Positions 54,201 to 64,000 of a stretch of DNA of 64,000 nucleotides are shown in pieces. Numbering within the stretch: the first letter of the stretch is position 1; every line of letters starts with the position of its first letter. The translations under genes and the position numbers were made by a program. Source of the DNA: Octopus sinensis (Eukaryota). Where the stretch lies: positions 17,112,001 to 17,176,000 of the forward strand of contig NC_043015.1 in the NCBI RefSeq assembly GCF_006345805.1, written 5' to 3'. Below the pieces are notes generated by a model. It made no database searches and had not been told where the DNA came from. It worked only from the letters and a program-made list of their open reading frames with translations.

Positions 54201-57200
54201 TAAAGAACAACATATTTGTTCAATTCAAGTGTTTTAAAATATCATACTTTCTAAAAACTTAAGAACGAAAAGTATACCATTTTATGCTCATTTGCAATTT
54301 GATAAATTTTGTTTTTAAAAATTCTGGGATTTTAGTGTTTTGTCGGATGTTAATAATTTACATATGTAGCCAAGAGATTACTGAAATCACAAAATTTTCT
54401 TATGAAATTTATTAATTGGAGTGATCACATGGATAAATATCGTCTTATTACTACAGTCATTTAACCAGGAGATCACTGAAATAACACAAACTTTCAGAGA
54501 ACAAAATACGTATAAATATTGCATTTAAATATTTTCATATTTACTTGCATTATTCTGATAAATTTTGTTTTAAGAAAGTTTGTTATATAAGTTATCTCAT
54601 GTTAACTGATAATCATCATCATCATCATTATCGTTTAGCGTACGCTTTCCAGGCTAGCATGGGTTGGACGTGTTAACTATGGTCTGTGAAGCTGGAAGGC
54701 TTCGTCAGGCCCAGTCAGATCTAGCAGTGTTTCTACGGCTGGATGCCCTTCCTAACGCCAACCAGTCCGCGAGTGTAGTGGGTGTTTTTTATATAGATTT
54801 AAAAATTTTCATCAACAATGTGTATGAAAATATTACTAATAAGCTTAAAATGTGATTAAATTTGTTGTTTTTGAGAACTTATTTGAAGTATTTGACACAT
54901 TTTGCAATAAATTTTACAAAAAAAATATTGCAAGTAAGCATTGAGAAGTAAACAAAACAGTTAACAATTTTTGAAATATTTTAAAAATGTGTAGAGAACT
55001 TTTAAAGAGAAAAATATGTATAAATATTTGAATTAAATATTTTCTGATAAATTCTGATAAATTTTGTTTAAAGAGAATTGTTATCTCAACTAATAATATA
55101 TTACACATATCAATAAATTTTACAAACGAAAACATTGCAAGTAAGCAGTGAGAATTAAACAAATCTCTTGAATCTAGTCTTCTCATCAATCAGTTAACAA
55201 ATTTAACCAGATCACTCAAATAGAAATATTATTTTATGCTTATTTGATAAATTTTGTTTTGTGAAAAATCTATGATTTTAGTGTTCTGTTGGATTTGTTA
55301 ATAATTTACGTTTTGGATCTTGTTAATAATTTACATTTTGGGATTGGAGTGATGACATGGATAAATATCGTCAGTTAATTAGGAGATCACTCAAATCACA
55401 AAAACTTTCAGTTAACAAATTTCACCAGATCACTTTGATAAAAATATGTCCTAAGCAAATTTAGATAAAATATTTCAATATATTGCAATTAAGCAGTAAA
55501 AAGTCAACACATTTTGTTACATATGTAAATTATTAACATCCAACAGAACACTAAAATCCCAGATTATTCAAAAACAAAATTTATGAAATTGGAAATAAGC
55601 ATAAAATGGTTTTAAACTTTTTGTTGTTAAGGACAGTTGCAGTATTTGGACGTATTTTGCAAAAGTTTTTAGAAAGTATATTTTAAAGCAGTATTTTCAC
55701 ACAATTATACAAAAGAAAATATTGTAAGCAGTGAGAAGTAAACAAATTTCTTGAACCTAATTTTATCATCAATCAGTTCAGAAATTTAACCATATCACCC
55801 AGATCAAAATGTGTCCACAAATGGAAGTTAAATCGTAAACAAATTTTTCACTTCTCACTGCTTAGATAAATTATTTAAAGATATTGCAATTCAGCAGTAA
55901 AAAGTGAACAAACTTATTGTTCTGAAGAACAAAATATGTCCTAAACAAATTTCTTCAGTTCTCACTGCTTACTTGCAATATTTTTTAATATTTTAAGTGT
56001 TTAGATAACATGTTTAGCCAGGAGATCACTCAAATCACAAAGGTTTTCAGATAACAAACTAAAGAACAACATATTTGTTCACTTTGAAGTGATTTGAGTG
56101 ATCTCCTGTTTTTTGACTGTGGTAATAAGACGATATATGCGATTACTTTAATCACAAACTTTCAAGTCCGAAACAAAAAATTTGTTCAATTTTTATGCTT
56201 CTTTGCATTAATTTGACAAATTTTGTTTTAAGAAAATTTTGTGATTTCGCAATATTTTATTTTGTAAAATTTATTGCAAAATGTGTCAAAATACTGCAAA
56301 TAAATTCTAAGCAACAAAAAATTGAATCAAATTTGATAGTTAGTCATATTTTGATAAATATTTGTTCATTAGAACAAATTTGTTCACTTCTTACTGCTTA
56401 CTTACAATATTTTGAAATATTTTATATAAACACTTTTGAAATACTTCAAAGTAAGCAGTGAGAAGTGAACAAATTTGTTTAGGACTTAACTGTTATATGT
56501 TGACATGATTTGATCTGAGTGATCTGGTTAAATTTGTTAACTGATTGTAAGACTAGATTCAAGAGATTTGTTTATTTGTTACTGCTTAATTGCAATATTT
56601 TCTTACTGCAAACACCAACAAATTTAATCTCATTTTATGCTTCTCAATAATATTTTGATGCATTTTGTTTGTGAATATTTTGAGATATATATAATATACA
56701 TATATATCTGTTAACATATTTAGCTAAGAAATAACTTTTATTACAAATTTTCTTTAAACAAAATTTATCAGAATAATACAAATAAGAATAAAAATATTTA
56801 AAATCCCAGAATTTTCGTAAAACAAACTTCATGAAATTGCAAATAAGTATAAAATGTGACTAAACTTTTTGTTCCAGTATTTGGACACATTTTGCAAGTT
56901 GTTAGAAAATAAAATATTTTAAAATATTCGAAGTGAACAAATATGTTGTTCTTTAGTTTGTTTTCTGAACACTTTTGTGATTTGAGTGATCTCCTGTTAT
57001 CAAAACACTTTTAAAATATTTCAAAATATTGCAAGTAAAGCAGTGAGAAGTGAAGAAATTTGTTTAGGTCTTAAATGTTGACATAATTTGATCCGAGTGA
57101 TCTGGTTAAATTTGGTAACTGATTTGTTTATTTCTAATTACTTGCAAGAAAATTTTTCTTTAATATATTGCAAAATGTGTTAAAATACTGCAAATAATAT

Positions 57201-58135
57201 CTAAACACCAAGAAATTTAATCACATTTTATGCTTATTATTAATATTTTTTGTGTGAAAATTTTGAGATATACATTTTACTGCTTCCTTGTAATATTTTA
57301 AGATATTAACATTTCACATAACTGACATAACTTCCATTACAAATTTTATTTTAACAAAATTTATCAGAATAATGCAAATAAGAATAAAAATATTTAATTT
57401 ATACATATTTTTTTCTTTAAAAGTTCTTGTCATTTGAGTGATCTGGTTGTAATAATAAAACTATATTCATCCGTGGCCACTCCAATTACAAAATTTCATG
57501 TCCGAAACAAGAAATTTGTTCAAATTTAATGCTTTTTTGCATTACCTTGATACATTTTGTGATTTAAGTGATTTCTTGGCTATTTTGACACATTTTGCAA
57601 AAGTTTTTAGAAAATAAAATATTTTAAAATAATGCAATATAATGGAAATAATTGTCAAAATAATGCAAATATTAATAATTTTGTGTTTATCTCAACAATT
57701 TCGTAATTGTTTTTTGTGAAAACTTTGTGATTTGAGTGATCTCAATATTTTCGTGTCTTTTGTGAAAATTTTGTGATTTGAGTGATCTTTTGGATATATT
57801 ATAATTTTGGATTGATAATCTTGGATTGAATAATCAATCAGTTACCATATTTTTCCAAGAGATTACTCAAATCACAGAATTTCAGAATACAAAATATATC
57901 AAAATATTGCAAATAAGCATATAAAGTGATTAAATTTGTTGTTTAGGACTCATTTGCAATATTTTGACACATTCTGTTTACTCAAAACTTTTAGTGATAA
58001 TAATAATATTATTAATCTGTTAACATATTTAGCCAGATCACTCAAATCACATTATCATTTGAGTGATCTCTTGGATATATATAATTTTATTATCAACATA
58101 TTTTGCCAAGAGATCAATCAAATCACAAAATTTAA
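48290..58135. repeat. ~10-kb scrambled array of the palindromic monomer with X-Y-X'-Y higher-order structure
   Basis: 51160-53200 is directly repeated at 55200-57640; 49200-50900 is inverted at 53200-55200. Confidence 0.8.
54611..54790 (-). mobile_element. Truncated RTE 3' UTR copy inserted in the satellite
   Basis: (CAT)n-CGTTTAGCGTACG...GCTAGCATGGGTTGGAC; absent from the similar satellite segment near 53450. Confidence 0.75.
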
Positions 58136-58641
58136 CAAAATTTTATTTTTATTATTAGTTTCATTATTATTTAATTCTTATTTGTATTTTTATTAATATT
58201 TTTATTATTATTTTTTTATTATTATTTTTATTTTTATTATTTTTATTTTTATTATTTTTATTTTTACTTTTATTCTTTTTTAATTTTAATTTTTATTATT
58301 ATTTATTATTTATTAATATCATTATTATTATTGTTATTATTATTATTTATTATTTATTTCTTCTTATTATTTATTATTTATTAATATTATTAATATTATT
58401 TATTTTTCATTATCATTATTATTATTATTTATTATTTATTATTTGTTATAACAATAATAATAATAAATAATAATTTATTATTATTATTGTTTATTATTTT
58501 TTGTTTAATATTATTATTATTATTATTATTTTTTATTTATTATTTATCATTATTATTATTTATTATTTTTATTATTATTATTATTATTTAATTATTTATT
58601 ATCATTATTATTTATTATTTATTACTTATTATTATTATTTA

Positions 58642-58686
<45 letters not shown>

Positions 58687-58749
58687 GTTTATTACACACA
58701 CACACATATCGGACAGACTGTCAAAAATACTGAAAGTTTTAATCGATAA

Positions 58750-58819
58750 GTGAATCTCCAGCTCGATGAGAGCTCGTGCCCCGATATTCTCAGAAAATAG
58801 GAAAATCGCACATACTATC

Positions 58820-58853
<34 letters not shown>

Positions 58854-58943
58854 GAATTATAGATAGATAGATAGATAGTATGTGTGATTTTCCTATTTTC
58901 TGAGAATATCGGGGCACGAGCTCTCATCGAGCTGGAGATTCAC
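58750..58943. repeat. 85-bp-arm hairpin (58750-58834 / 58859-58943), one mismatch, 24-nt loop
   Basis: GTGAATCTCCAGCTCGATGAGAGCTCGTGCCCCGATATTCTCAG... and its reverse complement. Confidence 0.92.
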
Positions 58944-59435
58944 AAAAACATATATTGCAAATAAGCATCAATTGTAATTAAATTAGTTTGACACATTTTG
59001 CATATGTTGACAAATTTTGTTTTCTGAAAATCTTTGTGATTTGAGTGATTATTTTTACTATTATTTTTATTTTTATTTTCATATTTCTTTTTCTTTTTCT
59101 TTTTTTTCTTTTTTTAACATTTTTTTTTTAAATTTTTTATTGTTATTCTTATTTTTATTATTTTTTTCTCATAAGGTAAAAAAAAATTTATTTTTATATT
59201 TATTTATCTTTTTTTATTTTAATTTTTTTTATTATTTTAATTTTCATTACTATTTTTATTTTTATTTTTATTATTTTTATTTTTAATATTATTTTAATTT
59301 TAATTTTTTTTTAAGTATTTGTAAAAAATTATTATTTTTTTTATTATTATTTTTATTTTTATTTTTATATTTATTGTTATTTTTATTTTTATCATGATTT
59401 TTATTATTATTTATTATTTAATATTATTATTATTT

Positions 59436-59804
59436 TTCGGGCTTAAGTGATGTCTAATGGCCACTGGTCCATGTTTTTGTGTGCATTATGCATAAGAGCA
59501 TCTTCTGCTATTTGATTCATAACTTGGGCTCTTGGCAGGTCTTGCCAGTCGGGATCAGACCGAACTCGGGAACAGTGGTGACAAAGGAATAATGCCGTGT
59601 TCCCCAAAGCTTAATGGTGTCTATTGATTTGTCATTTTTTTCTGACGCATAAATATCTTTCTGCCTCAATCTGAGGATATTTTAGTGGCATATTTAATAC
59701 CTATAGCTAGAACTATTGACATAAACTGTTTAAATTCCATGGTATGTTGCACGGAGAGAAGTTTGAGAAGAGTTCATCATGTATAGATATTTCTTAAAGT
59801 ATTT
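59436..59804 (-). repeat. Inverted copy of the complex-sequence block 38875-39248
   Basis: Near-identical reverse complement with a few substitutions and a 4-nt indel. Confidence 0.92.
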
Positions 59805-59934
59805 GATATTATTTTCATTATTTTTGTCTGTATATCATATCATATTTTAAATATTTTTAACATCTTTTTTATATTAATATTTAAAATTAAAATTATTACT
59901 AATTTATATTTATAATTTATAATTTATATTTATA

Positions 59935-60350
59935 GGCGCAGGAGTGGCTGTTTGGTAAGTAGCTTGCTAACCAACCACATGGTTCCGGGTTCAGTCCCAC
60001 TGCGTGGCATCTTGGGCAAGTGTCTTCTGCTATAGCCCCGGGCCGACCAATGCCTTGTGAGTGGATTTGGTAGACGGAAACTGAAAGAAGCCTGTCGTAT
60101 ATATGTATATATATATATAAGTGTGTGTGAATATGTTTGTGTGTCTGTGTTTGTTCCCCTAGCATTGCTTGACAACTGATGCTGGTGTGTTTATGTCCCC
60201 GTCACGAAGCGGTTCGGCAAAAGAGACCGATAGAATAAGTACTGGGCTTACAAAGAATAAGTCCCGGGGTCGGGTTGCTCGACTAAAGGCAGTGCTCCAG
60301 CATGGCCGCAGTCAAATGACTGAAACAAGTAAAAAGAGTAAAAAGAGAAT
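59935..60350 (+). mobile_element. Full-length tRNA-derived CORE-type SINE (octopus OR-like)
   Basis: A box TGGCTGTTTGGTAAG, B box GGTTCAGTCCC, core-like CTTGGGCAAGTGTCTT, central (TA)/(TG) tract and 3' end GAAACAAGTAAAAAGAG. Confidence 0.8.
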
Positions 60351-60354
60351 TTAA

Positions 60355-60590
60355 AAAAGTATATATATAACTATCAAAAGGTATTAAAAAGTTTAATATA
60401 CATAAATACAGATATATACACTTTGTATATATAAATTATATATACATATTTATATATAGAACACACACACACATGTATAAATTAACTCAATAAATATCTG
60501 ATTCATAATATTTGTTCTCATGATTGTGTTGTGGTGGTGGTGGCGATGATAATTCTCTCTATGAATGCAGACAGACGTAGAGAGAAGGAG
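60355..60590 (-). mobile_element. Internal fragment of the same family as Helitron copy 2
   Basis: Reverse complement of ~7450-7675. Confidence 0.7.
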
Positions 60591-62279
60591 AGTGTGTGAA
60601 AGCGCTGTCGAATTCGAGGAGGGGGATATAGGACGCTGTGAAACGACGTTATAAAGAGAAGGTGAAGGGAGGTAGACGCTGTGAAACGACGTTATATATA
60701 GAAAGTGATGGGAAGGGAGGAAAGAGAGTGAGTGAAGGAGGAAGACAGATACATAAAGAATGAGAGTAGACTTGTCAAAGTGCGTTTTTGTATTTTATTT
60801 CAATTTTTATTTTTAATTTAATTTTAATTTTTTTTCATTTTATTTTTATTTTATTTTTATTTTATTATTATTTTTTTCTTTCATTTTTACTTTTATTTTA
60901 TTTTTATTCTTTTAAAAATTTAATTTTAATTTTAATTTTAATTTTAATTTTAATTTTTATTTTTTATTTTAATTTTAATTTTAATTTTAATTTTTACTTT
61001 TATTTTTATGTTTATTTATTTTTTTTTTTTATCTTTATTTTTTAAAAAATTTTTTCATCTTTTATTTTATTTTTTACATTTATTTTTTATTCTTACTTTT
61101 ATTTATTTATTTTTATTTTTAATTTTCTTTCTTTTTTTATTTTTATTTTCATATTTATTTTTATTTTTATCTTTATTTTTATATTTATTATTTTTTTTTC
61201 ATTTTTTGTTATCTATTACTATTTTTTTAAATTCTTGTTTTATTTTTACTATTATTTTTATTTTCATTTTCATATTTCTTTTTCATTTTTATTTTATTTT
61301 ATTTTATTTTTTGTTATTGTTATTTTTATTTTTATTTTTTTATTTTTTAAATTTTATTTTTATTTTCATATTTATTTTTATTTTTTATTTAAATTTTTAC
61401 TTTTATTTTTATTTCTATTTTTATTTTTATTCTTATTTTTATTTTATTTATTTTTATTTTTATTTTTTATATTTATTTATATTCTTATTTTTATTTTTAT
61501 TTTTATTTTTCATCGTTTTTTATTTTATTTATTTTTTTTATTCTTACTTTTGTTTATTTATTTTTATTTAAAAAAAATTTTTTGTGTATTTTTATTCTTA
61601 TTTTTTAAATTTTTATTTTATTTTATTTTTATTTTTATTTTTATTTTATATTTATTTTTATATTTATTTCGTTTTTTATTTTTGAGTTTTTATTTATTTA
61701 TTTATTTTTTTTATTTTTTCTATTATTATTTTTTTAAATTCTTTTTTATTTTTACTATTATTTTTATTTTTATTTTCATATTTCTTTTTCTTTTTCTTTT
61801 TCTTCTTTTTTTAATATTTTTTTATTTTTAATTTTTTATTGTTATTCTTATTTTTATTCTTTTTTTATTCTTTTTATTTTTTTCTCATAAGGTAAAAAAA
61901 ATTTTATTTTTATATTTATTTATTTTTAAAAAATTATTTTAATTTTTTTTTTTTATTATTTTTATTATTTTTATTTTTATTTTTATTTTTATTATTTTTA
62001 TTTTTAATATTATTTTAATTTTAATTTTTCTTTAAGTATTTGTAAAAAATTTTTATTATTTTATTATCATTTTTATTTTTATTTTTATATTTATTGTTAT
62101 TTTTATTTTTATCATGATTTTTATTATTATTTATTATTTAACATTACTATTATTATTATTATTTTTATTATTTATTATTTATTATTTAATATTTATTTCT
62201 GGCTCAGGATGATATTCATACCAGTAAGCAGGACGATCGATTTTGTAGTGTTTACATATTATTAATATTATTATTATTA

Positions 62280-62510
62280 GGGCAGTGGATTGACAGAATC
62301 ATTGAAGCATCAGATATAATGCTTAGCAGCATTTGAACTCAGAACATAAATCGCTTCTGGCTATTCACATTCTGAGTTCAAATTCCACCAAGGTCAACCT
62401 TACTCTTTATCCCTCAGGGGTCAATAAAATAAAGCAGCAATGAAGTTTTGGAGTCAATGGAAATGACTAACCCACTTCACCTAGAATTTTTGGTCCTGTA
62501 CCAAAATTTG
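62280..62510 (+). mobile_element. Degenerate tRNA-derived SINE, second family
   Basis: GGCAGTG..., B-box-like GAGTTCAAATTCC and GGGGTCAATAAAATAAAG; a related copy lies at 63362-63545. Confidence 0.6.
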
Positions 62511-64000
62511 AAAGTCACCATCATCATCATCATCGTCGTCAGCATCATCATCCCATGATAATCGCCAAGACCAGCAACAACACTACTCCTACTTCAAATT
62601 GAACTCTTTTGCTGTCATCTAATGCTAAATCAGTCCATGTTTCCATCACACTAACAAACGATGGACCTGGTTTTGAGGATATTGTAACTGAGGATTGGAT
62701 GTTGCTGTTGTGGCTATTGATATTGTTGTTGTTTTCAGTATTGCCATTCTTGTTTTCTTCTTCATTGTTGTTGTTGTTGGTGGTGGTGGTGATGGTGGTT
62801 GGGATGACTGCATTAGTTTAGTTGATTTTGGTGTTGTTTGTGTGGTTTGTATTTTGTTTGTATTGACAGTTTGTAAAATGATGATGATCATCATCATTGC
62901 CATCCACCTCACCACTGTCATCATCATCAGCATCCTCATTAGTACAAAAATGAGTGGGCCAAGGATGATACATAAAAATATTTGGGTTGTAGCAAAATCA
63001 AAACAGGAAAAAAGAAGGTTGCGCATCCCACAGGCAGAAGACCCTTGCCTAGAGTGTTGTGCTTTGGTTTTGAACTCAGGATCCTGCAATTGTGAAGCAA
63101 ATTTCTTAACCATACCAGTTATACTTGCTTTTATCATGGACTCACCGTGCTTTAAAACATCTCCTTTGTTTTGGAATTATGATGTTTAATCAGATAACAA
63201 ACATAGAAATTTTGTTAAGCATGAAAATAAAAAGTTAAATCAAGCGAATAATTGATTTAAAAGAAGAAGCTAAAACAATATAATTAAGAGAGTTTAATTT
63301 AATTTTTAGTTGAAGAAAATTTAATTGTAGGTTTTATATTTTCATAAATTTCTGTTTTTCAAGGCAGTGAGCTGGCAAAATAGTCAGCATAGCAAACTTC
63401 TTACCAGCATTTCTTCTGTTTTTGCATTCTGAGTTCAAATTCTGCTGAGGTTGGTTTTGCCTTTCATCCTTGTGTAGTGGGGTTGATGCAATCGACTAGC
63501 CCTTCCCAGCAAATTTCATGCCTTGTGCCTATAGAAGAAAGAATTATTAACATCTGTTTTATTTTTATTGATGATAATTAGAGTCTTATTGATTCTGCTA
63601 AATGGCTTTGGTAACAAGGCCATTGTGTCTTGAGGAATACATATGTGTACATATACATGTGTATACATACATACATGTGTATGTGTGTGTGTGTGTGCTT
63701 GTATATTTCTATGTTTTATGTATGCATATATGGGTCTGTTTGGGCATATATGTAAGTATGTGTGGGCGTCTCTCATGCTGTGTCTGTATTTGCTACATGT
63801 TTGCATTGCCCAGAAAGTTCTGAATGATTTCAGCAATTGTCTCTTTAAACGCTTTATATAAAACCTGTAATGTTGGTATGGCTGATATGTTGGCCTCACT
63901 TGCAGTGTGGTAACTTATCAGTTACATTTCACTCCAAAAATAAGTATATTTCTTTTGCCAACCTGTATCGAGATCAAAAATGGAAACCCAAAAGTTGTAT

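Noticed and set aside
59935-60010. Possible tRNA gene
   Set aside because: A and B boxes are present but it continues into a SINE body with no complete cloverleaf.
62593-62807. Minus-strand open frame (N/T-rich then SSKPGPSFVSVMETWTDLALDDSKRVQFE) with AG/GT borders
   Set aside because: The acceptor lacks a polypyrimidine tract, half the frame is trinucleotide repeat, and no family is recognised; it needs RNA-seq evidence.

Overview
AT-rich, repeat-dominated eukaryotic genomic DNA, probably from an octopod cephalopod. That assignment is inferred from the tRNA/CORE-type SINEs and the RTE 3' UTR family with (GAT)n tails. One host gene is securely recognisable: coding exon 1 of RNF7/RBX2 (minus strand, 16381-16537). 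The ORF track misses it, and I could not find its other exons in the window. Most of the rest is transposon remains: Penelope (GIY-YIG remnant, hammerhead ribozymes), a head-to-tail Helitron dimer, Gypsy pol, RTE, CR1, Tx1/L1, HERO-like and R4-like RLE LINEs, maT (DD37D) and mariner (DD34D) transposases, and SINEs. The best leads are structural: (1) a hammerhead ribozyme whose cleavage triplet marks the inner edge of a perfect 141-bp inverted repeat; (2) a rolling-circle-type Helitron junction; (3) a 264-bp inverted repeat 9.2 kb apart whose only two mismatches are A:C; (4) a ~24-kb domain (38-62 kb) built from palindromic ~217-bp monomers, with nested inversions and fold-back junctions. No prokaryotic-type system, CRISPR array, rRNA or genuine tRNA gene was seen. 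All alignments were done by eye, so boundaries of degenerate elements are approximate.
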